Source: an uncultured Bacilli bacterium
Lineage (GTDB): Bacteria; Bacillota_I; Bacilli_A; RFN20; CAG-826
Assembly (NCBI GenBank): GCA_934699525.1
Contig: CAKUWP010000001.1
Span: forward strand, 132,384 to 196,383
Direction of reading: 5' to 3'
Length of the DNA stretch: 64,000 bases
Under the pieces are notes generated by a model. It had not been told where the DNA came from and searched no databases. It saw only the letters and a list, made by a program, of their open reading frames with translations. How positions within the stretch are numbered: the first letter of the stretch is position 1; each line of letters begins with the position of its first letter. Positions 1-9,715 of this stretch are shown in pieces. A program made the translations under genes and the position numbers.

Positions 1-1899
1 CGCGGCTTGATAAAGCGCGTATTGCTTTTCTCCATAAGCTTCTTCTTTAGCCCAGAAGGCATCAAAAGCAGCTTTCTTTTTGGCTTGTTTTTGTTCCAAG
101 GCAGCCTTCTTTTCTTCGCTTAACGCCTGGAACTTGGCTTCGCGTTTGGCTTCGATTTTATCCGCTTTTGTTTTGTTTTTCTCTTCGGCAAGGCGTTCTT
201 TTTCTAGGCGCTTCGCTTTCTTTTCTTCCGCGGATTTCTTCATCTCCTCGGCTTTTTCTTCATAATTCCAGCCTTTGGCTTTGCATTGTTCTTCCAAGGC
301 TTTAAGTCCATCGGCTAAAGCTTCTGCATCTTCAAGCTCAAGGCGCTTGGCATTGCGGATGCTCGCTGGTTCCCAAGTCTTGCCTTCTTTGGCAAAAGCC
401 GCTTTTTCTCTTTCGACCAAGACAGTTTGCTTTTGAGCAATCGTCTTTTCGAGGTTCACAAAGATCAAGAGAGCAGCATTGACAATGCTCGTGATGACTT
501 CTAGTCCGACAAAAAGGAAGGTGAATACGTTATTGGTCGCATCGTTTTGGACGAAGCTCACATAATCGATTCCACCCGTGGTGAAATGTTTTTGAATCGC
601 ATTGGCAATTTCGCCGATTTGATCGGCGGCAACCGGAGCTTGATAACCGGTTTTAGAGAGAATGAGGTTGAAGACGCCGGTGCAAACTCCAACCATGGCG
701 ACGGAGATGATGGAATAGATGGACATGGCACAGCCATCCGCGCGGAAACCCGTCTTCCATTCGATGTGGTCCAAGCAGTCCGCGAAGAGAGCCATGAAGA
801 CATAGGCGCCAGGGAGACCGCCGATGTTTTTGATGAATTGGCCGATTAAAACAACAATCAAATTCGTCGGTTGAACGAAGCAAATAAGGGAACCAAAAGC
901 TAGTAGTAATAAGCCAACCACGGTGACGTTGCGTTTGCCAAATTTCTTGGCTAACGGCCAAACGGCGAAGATGCCGATGCCCATGGGGATGCCGCCGATG
1001 ACGGAAACCATCGTTTGGGTAACCCCATCGTTATAGGTTCCAAGAACGTAGTTGCAGTAATAAACTAGAGACGAATTCTTGAAAACGCTAGCAATCGTAT
1101 TGATTAAGAAATAAAGGCAAAGAAAGACGAAATAACGATCCGTGAAAAGGGCTTTTAATTGGAGCAAGAAGGGGATTTTTTCCTCTTTTTCCTCTCCTTT
1201 TTCCTCGGTGATGCGTTCCTTGGTGAAATAGTATTCGAGTAAGGTTAACGGCAAGGCGATCGCGGAGAGGATGCCCATGACGAGGATCCAAAGTTCTTTA
1301 GAAATCCCAATCAGAGGCATGATAGCCATCGGGAAGACCAAGGCGACAAGGATTCCCGACATCATGATGGTCGCGATTTGGTTAAAGACGGATAGTCCAC
1401 CGCGTTGTTGGGAATTGCGGGTAGAAAGCGGAACCATTAGGTTATGCGACATGTTGAAGATCGTATAGGCAAAAGAATAGAACAGGTTGTAGCTTAAAAC
1501 GATCCAGACGAGTTCAACGGCCAGGTTGCCTTCGGGAACGGTGAAAAGCAAGACTCCCGTAATGGCAAGCAAAGGAGCCGAAAGCAAAATCCAAGGACGG
1601 GCTTTGCCTTGCTTGGTTTTGGTTCGGTCAATGATATAGCCCATCAAGACGTTGGTGAGGCAGTCAATGGTCTTGGATAGAATTGGGGAAAGGAACAGGA
1701 AGAATCCACCCCAAACCCAATTGAGTTTCAAAACGTCGGTGTAATAGATATTCAAATACGTCGCGAAGACAGCGTTTAATAGCAACGCCCCCGCGGGACC
1801 CACCAAATATCCGAGCCATCTTTCTTTGCCCGTGACGTTTTTGGACTGGACACGGCTATTGAAGAAACGGCCGCTTAATTTCTGCTTACTTGCCATATT
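1..1899 (-). CDS. Glycoside-pentoside-hexuronide (GPH/MelB-like) sugar:cation symporter, 3'-truncated at the window edge, with a long Lys/Glu/Ala-rich C-terminal tail
   Basis: Manual reverse-complement translation from ATG at 1899: no in-frame stop down to base 1 (633 codons), checked in eight sub-windows. Contains the GPH hallmark [13 protein letters not shown] and multiple hydrophobic TM segments. The last ~170 aa are K/E/A-rich ([19 protein letters not shown]...). Not in the ORF track because it runs off the edge. Confidence 0.75.
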
Positions 1900-4291
1900 T
1901 TTTGTTCTCCTTCTTTTCTTTGTGGAAGTTTTTCAGCGCTTTAACGGGATGGTTGTTAACCAATCCTTCTAGGAGGAGGGCCAGTTCGTAAGTGAACAGG
2001 CCTCCGCTAGAGAAGCAAAGGGATCGAAGCGAGTTCGCTGGCATGAGGCGCCGGACGAAATTGCCGGCTTTCATCTCGGAAGCCCGCTTCACGGGGTCCT
2101 TGATTTTCTTACCTTTTTTGTATTGGAGTTCCCCTCCGAAATAGGAGGTGGCTTTGCGGAACATTTTGCCCATCCCCGTGCGATATTCCATCAATGGCGT
2201 TTCTAGGGTATAGGGCTTTTTGCCTGGGACATGGGGGCGATATTCCACTCCAATCCGCTTGCAGAATTCTTCATCGCTGATGCCAAGTTCTAGCGGCGCG
2301 TTGAAGTCTCCTTCTTCTCCATCGATCGATACTTCTTTTTGAAAGAGGGTCTCGACCACCGAGAAACCGCAATGGAAGAGGTATTGTCCTTTTTGCACGC
2401 TTAAGCGATCCTTGGACGCATCATAGGAAGAAAGACGTTCCAAGAGGCAATCCCATTCCACGGTCTTTTCTTCTTGAGGTTCCAAATAGACTTTTTGAAA
2501 GGAGACGAGTTCTTTTTTAGGCCCAACGCGAGGTTTGGTCGCATAGATTTGAAGAACCGTTTTTCCCTCCACGTGTCCCGCGTTTTTAATAGAAGCGGTG
2601 AAGTGAATCTTATTTTCTTCGGCTTTTGCTTCAAAAGAAGAAATTTCAAACGTCGTGTAGGAAAGCCCATACCCGAAGGGGTAACGGACTTTCTTATTCA
2701 CCGTTTCGTAATACCGGTAACCGCAATAGACCTCATCCTTATAATATTCAATCGGTGAGGACGTGAATTCTTTGGCCAAAGGAACATCTTCATAATGGAA
2801 GGGCCAAGTTTGAGCTAAGTGACCAGAGGGGTTTGCTTCACCAAAAAGGAGTTTGGTTCCCGCTTCTCCAACCCCTTCTCCCGCCGGGCCAAGGTTTAAG
2901 ATGGCCGTGACGGAATCGAGTCCATCCAGGTCCACCGGGGTACCCGTGGACATCATGAACACGACGGGCTTGCCGAGTTTTTGAAGCTCAAGAAGCAAAT
3001 GGAATTGATTCTCGGGCATGCGAAGAGAGGATTTATCAAAGCCTTCCGATTCATCGAAATCGCTTAAGCCGCCGAAGAAAACGATGACGTCTTTCTTTTT
3101 GGCGAGTTCTAGGGCTTCGGTTTCTTTTTTGGTATCCACTTTGTTTTCGCCATCTTCATAACCCGCGGCGAATTCATAGGAGACGTTCCTCTTCTTGAAA
3201 GCGTCTTCGAAGGTGGATAAGGCGTAAGGGGTAAGCATAGAAGAGCCCGATCCCTGGTAACGCATATGGGCGAAGAAATCGCCGATGACGGCAAGGGAGG
3301 ATTCTTTCTTTAACGGCAAGACGCCATGGTCATTTCGAAGCAAAACCGCTCCATCCACGGCAAGTTTCACCGCAAGTAAAGCATTGGTATCCAAAATCTC
3401 TTTGCCGACTTTTTCTTTCTTTTCGGTCCATTTTGCAACTTCTAGCATCGGAAGAATCGCTTCGTTGAGCTCTTCTTCTTTGAGGTTCCCCTGCTCGACC
3501 GCTTCGTGGACGATGCGGACATTATGGACAACACAGCCCGGCATTTCGAGGTTCAATCCATTCTTAAGGCCTTCGACCTTATCGTGAGTTCCGCCCCAAT
3601 CGGTCATGACTAAACCCCGGAAGCCAAATTCGTCGCGAAGTTTATCTTTCAATAAATAACCGTTTTCCGAGCAGAAGACATGATTGACTTGGTTATAGGC
3701 GGTCATCACCGAATAGGGATGGCCAATGCGAACCGCATAATCGAAGTTGCGGAGATAGATTTCGCTTAAGGCGCGTTTGGAAACGATGGAATCGCCGACG
3801 AAACGATATTTCTCGTTGCCGTTGCAGCAATAATGCTTTAAACAGGCGCCGGCTCCGCTACGTTGAACTCCAAGTGTGAAGTGGCCCGCGTAAAGACCAC
3901 TTAATAAAGGGTCTTCGGAATAATATTCGAAGTTTCTTCCGCATAAGGGGTTTCTTTGGATGTTAAGCGCAGGACCAAGCAATAAATCTACGCCAAAATA
4001 GGCGCATTCTTTGCCAATGGCCTCCCCCTCTAAATAGAAGTCTTCTTCGTCCCAGCTATTGGCAAGGCAGGATCCAACCGGGAAGACGCTTGTTGGTTGA
4101 GAATCGCTGACTCCAGAAAGGGAATCGCTTTTAACGTTGGGCATACGTAGACCCGAGGGGCCATCGCAAAGGAAAAGGGATCGGAAGGATCCTCTTTCCG
4201 CGGTGCGGTTGGGGCTCACTCCAGCGGTGAGCTGAGCTTTATCTTTCAAGCTAACCGAAGACAAAGCATTTTCTTTTTCTTGTTGGTCCAT
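1886..4291 (-). CDS. Glycoside hydrolase family 3 beta-glucosidase (801 aa)
   Basis: GH3 motifs [29 protein letters not shown]; C-terminal fibronectin-like region; 14-nt overlap with the downstream transporter start. Confidence 0.85.
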   Translation of the reverse strand: MDQQEKENALSSVSLKDKAQLTAGVSPNRTAERGSFRSLFLCDGPSGLRMPNVKSDSLSGVSDSQPTSVFPVGSCLANSWDEEDFYLEGEAIGKECAYFGVDLLLGPALNIQRNPLCGRNFEYYSEDPLLSGLYAGHFTLGVQRSGAGACLKHYCCNGNEKYRFVGDSIVSKRALSEIYLRNFDYAVRIGHPYSVMTAYNQVNHVFCSENGYLLKDKLRDEFGFRGLVMTDWGGTHDKVEGLKNGLNLEMPGCVVHNVRIVHEAVEQGNLKEEELNEAILPMLEVAKWTEKKEKVGKEILDTNALLAVKLAVDGAVLLRNDHGVLPLKKESSLAVIGDFFAHMRYQGSGSSMLTPYALSTFEDAFKKRNVSYEFAAGYEDGENKVDTKKETEALELAKKKDVIVFFGGLSDFDESEGFDKSSLRMPENQFHLLLELQKLGKPVVFMMSTGTPVDLDGLDSVTAILNLGPAGEGVGEAGTKLLFGEANPSGHLAQTWPFHYEDVPLAKEFTSSPIEYYKDEVYCGYRYYETVNKKVRYPFGYGLSYTTFEISSFEAKAEENKIHFTASIKNAGHVEGKTVLQIYATKPRVGPKKELVSFQKVYLEPQEEKTVEWDCLLERLSSYDASKDRLSVQKGQYLFHCGFSVVETLFQKEVSIDGEEGDFNAPLELGISDEEFCKRIGVEYRPHVPGKKPYTLETPLMEYRTGMGKMFRKATSYFGGELQYKKGKKIKDPVKRASEMKAGNFVRRLMPANSLRSLCFSSGGLFTYELALLLEGLVNNHPVKALKNFHKEKKENKKYGK

Positions 4292-4383
4292 AAATGAAAG
4301 GGCTTTCAGATGAAAACATTATATCGGTTACCTTCTTTTTACACTTATCTATTCTTATCGTTTTCTTATATAATCTTCTATAG

Positions 4384-4947
4384 ATGAAAATCGATAAAAC
4401 TTTTCTCCTCTCCAACACTTCTTCTCTCTCTGGACTTCCCATAGTCTGGTATCGGAAGGGAAAAATCCATGCCTTGCTAGGGTTAAAGGGTTTCCCCTTA
4501 TCTCCATTTGGACTCGTAGAAAAAGAAATTCTCGAAGCAAAAGAAGAAATTGGGTACCGTTTCGACGCCTTTTCTAACGGCTATGTCTTTTTTAAAGCCA
4601 GGGACGAGCTCGTTATCATCGGACCCGCCCGCGAAATTCCGTTATCTTCTCAGCAAGCCCATGGTTTTGCCTATGCTCTTGGCGTTCACGTGTCGGACTG
4701 GGAGACTTTCCAACGCGGACTAGAAGAATGGACCCCTATGCCTTTATCCGCATTGCTGCTTTCTTTTCTTAGTCTTTATCACGTCTTTACGGGCAAAAAG
4801 GTTGCTTTCGAAGAACTCTTCCCGCGATTCGCCTCACCGGTTGCCAACGAAAATAAGCCCGCTAGCCCTTCCTCCAGCCTCGAATCTCATTCTTCTTCCT
4901 ATAGCGCCGAACGCCAAATCCTTTATTTGTCCAAAACGGAGATGTAG
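4384..4947 (+). CDS. Hypothetical protein (187 aa), possibly the detached sensor part of the adjacent AraC-type regulator
   Basis: ORF in the track; no recognisable motif. ATG lies about 12 nt after a TATAAT (4366-4371) with no SD, so the start is uncertain. Ends 5 nt before the 4953 ORF. Confidence 0.35.
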   Translation: MKIDKTFLLSNTSSLSGLPIVWYRKGKIHALLGLKGFPLSPFGLVEKEILEAKEEIGYRFDAFSNGYVFFKARDELVIIGPAREIPLSSQQAHGFAYALGVHVSDWETFQRGLEEWTPMPLSALLLSFLSLYHVFTGKKVAFEELFPRFASPVANENKPASPSSSLESHSSSYSAERQILYLSKTEM

Positions 4948-4952
4948 AAGGA

Positions 4953-5567
4953 TTGAAGAAATGGGTCTCTTCCATCCCTTCCGTGCGTCCGGGAACGACC
5001 TCCACCTCCATGGATACCCAAACCAAGAACCTTTTCGTCACGACGGTTACTTTGGTCTCGCGTTGCGCGATTTCAGCAGGGCTAGATATGGATTTAGCCT
5101 TAACGATTTCCGATTCCTACCTTCAACGCGTGGAGCCTTTATCTCACGACGCGATCATCACCTTGCAGTATCAAATGCTTCTTGATTACGCGACCCGCGT
5201 CCATCAACTTGGCGAAGGTGGACCCCTCTCCAAGAAGGTGGCTAGTTACGTTCAAGCCCATTGGTCGGAAGCCATTCGGCTGCAGGACCTCGCTTCTTCT
5301 TTTTCCATGAGCGTTCCTTCTTTATGTTCCAAATTCAAAAAAGAAACGGGACAGGGGGTCGCTAAATTCGTTTTGAAGATAAAAATCAAGGAGGCGGAAC
5401 GGGAATTAATCGAATCGGACCGCTCCATCAGCGAGATTGCCTTTTACCTCGGATTTTCTTCCCCCGCCCATTTCTCCAAAGACTTTTCCGCCTTAACTTC
5501 CATGAGCCCTTCCGAGTATCGGAAAAAGAATTCGAATGCTTCCTTATCCCCAAGTTACGTTGCTTGA
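4953..5567 (+). CDS. AraC/XylS-type HTH transcriptional regulator (short, 204 aa)
   Basis: C-terminal bipartite AraC HTH (SISEIAFYLGFSSPAHFSKDFSALTSMSPSEYRKK); AAGGA RBS 8 nt upstream of the ATG. Confidence 0.6.
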   Translation: MKKWVSSIPSVRPGTTSTSMDTQTKNLFVTTVTLVSRCAISAGLDMDLALTISDSYLQRVEPLSHDAIITLQYQMLLDYATRVHQLGEGGPLSKKVASYVQAHWSEAIRLQDLASSFSMSVPSLCSKFKKETGQGVAKFVLKIKIKEAERELIESDRSISEIAFYLGFSSPAHFSKDFSALTSMSPSEYRKKNSNASLSPSYVA

Positions 5568-5597
5568 AGTAATATTTCTACGTTTAGGAGAAAAGTC

Positions 5598-6137
5598 ATG
5601 AACCCGATTTACATTGCTAGCGATATCCACGGAAGCCTCTATTACGCGAAACTCTTCTTTGAGAAAGTGGATAAGGCCCATCCCTTTAAGGTGATTTTAT
5701 TGGGGGACTGCTACTATAACGGGGCTAGAAACACCCCTCCCAAGGACTATTCCCCCAAAGACGTCGTGATTTTGTTAAACGCCCATGCGGATAAAATCAT
5801 CTGTACGAAAGGCAACTGCGAATCCGAAGTGGACCAATGGGTCAGCGAATTCCCCATCGTTGATATGGCTAGCCTTTATTTCTTTGATAAGGAAATTACC
5901 GCTTGCCATGGCCATCATTATGGATTCGATAACCTCCCCAAACACCCCGGGGATATTTTCCTGCAGGGCCATACCCATATTGGAGTTTTAGAGAAAAAAG
6001 GGGATTTGATTTTGGGGAATCCTGGATCGGTTTCTTTGCCGAAAGACGACCATCATTCTTATATGGTAATGGATGAAAAAGGCATCGAATTGCGCGACTT
6101 ATTCACCGATGAAGTTCTAAAGTCCGTTGCCTTCTAA
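5598..6137 (+). CDS. YfcE/MJ0936-like metallophosphoesterase (phosphodiesterase)
   Basis: Motifs ASDIHGS, LGDxxxxG, GHTH; 179 aa; AGGAG RBS. Confidence 0.8.
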   Translation: MNPIYIASDIHGSLYYAKLFFEKVDKAHPFKVILLGDCYYNGARNTPPKDYSPKDVVILLNAHADKIICTKGNCESEVDQWVSEFPIVDMASLYFFDKEITACHGHHYGFDNLPKHPGDIFLQGHTHIGVLEKKGDLILGNPGSVSLPKDDHHSYMVMDEKGIELRDLFTDEVLKSVAF

Positions 6138-6249
6138 TTCTTACCATTATTTTACATTCAGGCGCGTGTTAGCGCTTTCTTCAAGGAATCTATAGCATTT
6201 TTCCTTACGTTTTGGCTATGATGAAGTAATCAATTGAACGGAACTAGAA

Positions 6250-7980
6250 ATGAAAACTGCGATCCCTCTCTTCGCCGATTCCGCCTCTACCCCCATTTGG
6301 ATCCCGATTTTGCTAATGATCGGCGGGTTGGGCGCTTTGTTCGTGGGCATGAACATGCTTCAGGCCTCCACGGAAAAACTCGCTACGGGCGGGCTTAAAA
6401 AGCTCTTTGCCAAAACAGCGAAATCCAAATTCGCCGGGGTGGGCATTGGAACCCTCGCCACGATGATCATGCAATCGAGCGGGGCCACCACCATCATGGT
6501 CGTCGGTTTCGTTAACGCAGGCGTCATGAGTTTGGTCCAAGCCGCCACTTACATCATGGGTGCCAATATCGGCACGACCATCACCGCCCAAATCGTTGCT
6601 TTAGGCGGACTTAATTCTTCCTCCTTCCCCCTTACCGAAATCATCATATCGTTGACGATGGTAGGGGTTTTATTACGCCTTTTCTTCGCCAAAAAATTCC
6701 CCAAAGTTGCTTTAGCAGGCGACATGGTCACCGGGCTAGGGCTTCTTTTCCTTGGCTTAGAGACCATGACAAGCAACATGCAATCGCTCTTTTTAAGTAA
6801 TGAAGGACTGAAAGACGCGTTGACGTCCCTCACCAACCCCTTCTTGCTTCTATTGATCGGCATCGTCTTAACCGCGCTAGCTCAGTCTTCTAGTGCTGTC
6901 ACTTCCATCGTTCTTGCCATGGCGATGGCCGGAGCCGTCGTCGGAGGACATGGCAATGGGGTCCTCTATTTGATTTTAGGTTCCAATATTGGTTCTTGCT
7001 CTACCGCCTTATTGTCTGCGATTGGTTCCACGACCAACGGCAAGCGCGCTTCCATCATCCATTTATTGTTCAACGTCTTCGGCAGTTTGATTTTCTTCAT
7101 CCTTCTTCTTTGCTGGCCAGCTGCGATGGAAAGCACCTTTGAAAGATGGTTCTCGGGGAACCCCGCGATTCAAATCGCCATGTTCCATACCTTCTTCAAC
7201 CTCATCTGCACGATCTTGTTCCTCCCCTTCACCAAAGGTCTTGTCTTTTTGGCAACCAAGATCGTTCCCGAAAAAGGAAAGCATTCCGAAGCCGATTTGC
7301 TCGACCCTCGTTTCTTAACGACCCCCGAACTCGCTTTAACCCAAGCGATTTCTTATTACCACATCATGGCCAAAGCCGCCTTGGACGACTTGAACATCTC
7401 CCTCCAAGCCTTCATGGATAAGAAACAGGAAAAAGAAAAAGTCGATGGCAAGGAAACCCGGGTTTTAAGAATGTCTCGCGACTTAAGTTCCTTCTTAGTC
7501 CAAATCGCCGCGAAGGGGGTCAGCCCTGAATCCCAAAAGCGGATTTCCAGAATGCAATTAGATATCGCCGACATCGTCCGTTTAACCGAAGTCGCGGATA
7601 ACATCACGGGCTATACCCGTCATGAAATCGAGGAGGACCTCCTCTTCTCCCCCATCGTCATGACCGAGCTCCAAGCGATGCAGAAAAACATCAACGCGAT
7701 GTTTGCTCAAACGACTCTCATCGTGGATCACCCCGATTTGGAACGTTTAAAGAAAACGAGGGCCATGGAAGATGCGATCGACGACCAACGTACCCAGATG
7801 GTCCACGGACACTTAAAACGTTTAGAGAACGGGGAATGCAAACCCCAAAGTTCCAACGTTTTCATCAATCTCGTTGGCAACTTGGAACGTTGCGGCGACC
7901 ACTTGAACTTCATTGCCGAGCGTTCCTGCAGCGACCTCTTACCCCAAAATAACGACGACATCATATCGTTACACCCATAA
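6250..7980 (+). CDS. Na+/phosphate cotransporter family protein (NptA/YjbB-like) with a C-terminal PhoU-like domain
   Basis: Duplicated Na/Pi-cotransporter motifs (QSSGATTIMVVGFVNAG..., ANIGTTITAQIVAL...) and a C-terminal helical PhoU-like region. Confidence 0.75.
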   Translation: MKTAIPLFADSASTPIWIPILLMIGGLGALFVGMNMLQASTEKLATGGLKKLFAKTAKSKFAGVGIGTLATMIMQSSGATTIMVVGFVNAGVMSLVQAATYIMGANIGTTITAQIVALGGLNSSSFPLTEIIISLTMVGVLLRLFFAKKFPKVALAGDMVTGLGLLFLGLETMTSNMQSLFLSNEGLKDALTSLTNPFLLLLIGIVLTALAQSSSAVTSIVLAMAMAGAVVGGHGNGVLYLILGSNIGSCSTALLSAIGSTTNGKRASIIHLLFNVFGSLIFFILLLCWPAAMESTFERWFSGNPAIQIAMFHTFFNLICTILFLPFTKGLVFLATKIVPEKGKHSEADLLDPRFLTTPELALTQAISYYHIMAKAALDDLNISLQAFMDKKQEKEKVDGKETRVLRMSRDLSSFLVQIAAKGVSPESQKRISRMQLDIADIVRLTEVADNITGYTRHEIEEDLLFSPIVMTELQAMQKNINAMFAQTTLIVDHPDLERLKKTRAMEDAIDDQRTQMVHGHLKRLENGECKPQSSNVFINLVGNLERCGDHLNFIAERSCSDLLPQNNDDIISLHP

Positions 7981-7995
7981 GATTAAGAATCGGAG

Positions 7996-8022
7996 ACCGC
8001 TCCACGTGAGCGGTTTTCTTTT
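7996..8022 (+). terminator. Rho-independent terminator after the Na/Pi transporter gene
   Basis: Stem ACCGCTC / GAGCGGT with a 5-nt loop, followed by TTTCTTTT. Confidence 0.6.
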
Positions 8023-8084
8023 AGGCTATCCCTGTTTACTTATTATAGTTTTTCTATAAAATATAAACAGGAAAGGGAGAAGTT

Positions 8085-9125
8085 ATGTTTAACAAGAATT
8101 TGCGTTATTACCGTTTGAAAAGAGACTTAACCAAAAAAGAATTGGCAGAGCTCGTTCATCTTACCCCGATGGCGATTACTCATTATGAAAATGGCTCTAG
8201 GGCCCCTAGCATGGCCATCCTTAACGATTTAGCGGACGCATTAGATATTCGCGTATCCGACTTCCTTGCCGGTTGGAACAATAGCCTTTCCTTCCTCCAT
8301 GGTTCCTTTCGAAAAAACGCATCGTTATCCAGTGCTCAGCAAGAGACTATTCAAACGAGCGTCGAGGAATATTTTCAGCGCTTCTTTTCCGCTGTTGACA
8401 TCATCGGGGGTGACGTTCTTCCGGAAGCTCCAAAATGTCACGCGTTGCATTTATCTAAAGACGATGAAGCCAATGCTCTAGCATTAAGAGAACATTTAGG
8501 ATTTGCGGATTTTGGCCCCATCTATAACCTAACCAACGCCTTAGAAAACCAAGGGATCCTTCTTTGCTATTTAGATATCGATAACAACAAATTCTCAGGG
8601 ATCAATGGACTCGTCAATCACCGTCCCTATATCGCCGTGAATGAAAACATGAGTCCCGAGCGAATTCGCTCTACTCTTGTCCATGAATTGGCCCACCTCT
8701 ATTTTATTTGGCCGGAATCCATGCAAGAAAAAGAAATCGAAGCGAAAGCCATCGCGATTGCTGGAGCATTTCTATTTTCTAAACACGATGCGATCCGCGA
8801 ACTTGGTTATCGCCGACTTTGCGTCAGTGCCGACATGGTTTTGGTTGCTCAAGAATACGGAATATCCATGTGGTTATTGGCAAAAAGAGCCCAGTTATCC
8901 CATATCATTCGAAAAGACGCGGAACAGCATTTCTATGTCAAAGCTAGCGAGGCCGGTTGGCGCAAGAATGAGCCCATTCGAATCCAAAAAGAAAGACCAC
9001 TTCTATTAAAACAATTTGTTTATCGCGCGATTGCAGAAGGCGATATCAGCATTGAGCGTGGGGCGGAATTGCTCAACAAGTCCTATGACGAGGTGGCAGC
9101 CTATTGTTCTTTTTCCGAGGATTGA
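8085..9125 (+). CDS. XRE-family HTH fused to an ImmA/IrrE (COG2856, DUF955) Zn-metallopeptidase domain
   Basis: N-terminal HTH_3-like (LTKKELAELVHLTPMAITHYENGSRAPS); HEXXH motif LVHELAHLYF in the C-terminal half; AGGGAGAAG RBS. Confidence 0.8.
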   Translation: MFNKNLRYYRLKRDLTKKELAELVHLTPMAITHYENGSRAPSMAILNDLADALDIRVSDFLAGWNNSLSFLHGSFRKNASLSSAQQETIQTSVEEYFQRFFSAVDIIGGDVLPEAPKCHALHLSKDDEANALALREHLGFADFGPIYNLTNALENQGILLCYLDIDNNKFSGINGLVNHRPYIAVNENMSPERIRSTLVHELAHLYFIWPESMQEKEIEAKAIAIAGAFLFSKHDAIRELGYRRLCVSADMVLVAQEYGISMWLLAKRAQLSHIIRKDAEQHFYVKASEAGWRKNEPIRIQKERPLLLKQFVYRAIAEGDISIERGAELLNKSYDEVAAYCSFSED

Positions 9126-9128
9126 TCC

Positions 9129-9629
9129 ATGGACTTTATTAGTAGTGATACCAGTGTCTGGATCGATTTTAAGGTGATCGATTGCGTTTCTTTCCCATTC
9201 AAGCTCCCCTACACCTACATCATGTTCAAAGAATCCATGGAATCGGAAATCCTAAGTCCGACCGGGTTTTTGGACGAACTTGTTGCCGCTGGACTAGTTG
9301 GGGTAGATATCACCATCGAAGAATTCCTTTTAGCGGATCGTTGGGGCAACGTCTACCCCAAACTATCCGTTCCAGATCGCATTGCCCTAGCCATTGCTAA
9401 ACAAAGAGACATCGTATTATTAACAGGAGATAAAGCATTAAGAAAAGCCGCGAGCCAAGAAGGGGTTCCAACACTTGGAACACTTGGAGTTTTAGACCGT
9501 CTTTTAAACGGGAACTATATTACTAAAGATGAATATCTGACCTGCATCGCATCTTTGAAGCAACATAATGGTTATGAAGTTCGCCTTCCGGCTGATGAGT
9601 TAGACAGACGTTTGAACAACGACAAATAG
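9129..9629 (+). CDS. PIN-like putative nuclease (DUF4411-like), partner of the XRE-ImmA gene
   Basis: Starts 3 nt after the upstream stop; PIN-like acidic residues (DTSVWIDF ... LLTGDKAL); 166 aa. Confidence 0.5.
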   Translation: MDFISSDTSVWIDFKVIDCVSFPFKLPYTYIMFKESMESEILSPTGFLDELVAAGLVGVDITIEEFLLADRWGNVYPKLSVPDRIALAIAKQRDIVLLTGDKALRKAASQEGVPTLGTLGVLDRLLNGNYITKDEYLTCIASLKQHNGYEVRLPADELDRRLNNDK

Positions 9630-9715
9630 GAAATATCCTTCATGAGCACATTTAATGGGCGCACATCCCATTAGAAAAGAGGCGCGGACGCGCCCCTTGA
9701 CTGTTTTGAATCGAA

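Noticed and set aside
547-961. Several 60-100-aa ORFs on both strands in the first kilobase
   Set aside because: All lie inside or opposite the continuous 633-codon GPH transporter reading frame, which carries the family signature.
4961-5185. Third-frame ORF (MGLFHPFRASGNDLHLHGYP...) that might indicate a double frameshift in the AraC-like region
   Set aside because: The frame-0 ORF from 4953 has a proper RBS and continues in frame into the AraC HTH. The frame-2 stretch is short and without a motif; kept only as a caveat in the corresponding finding.
6313-6863. Minus-strand ORFs of 92 and 104 aa inside the Na/Pi cotransporter gene
   Set aside because: Antisense to a gene with clear family motifs; Gly/His/Asp-rich artefactual composition.
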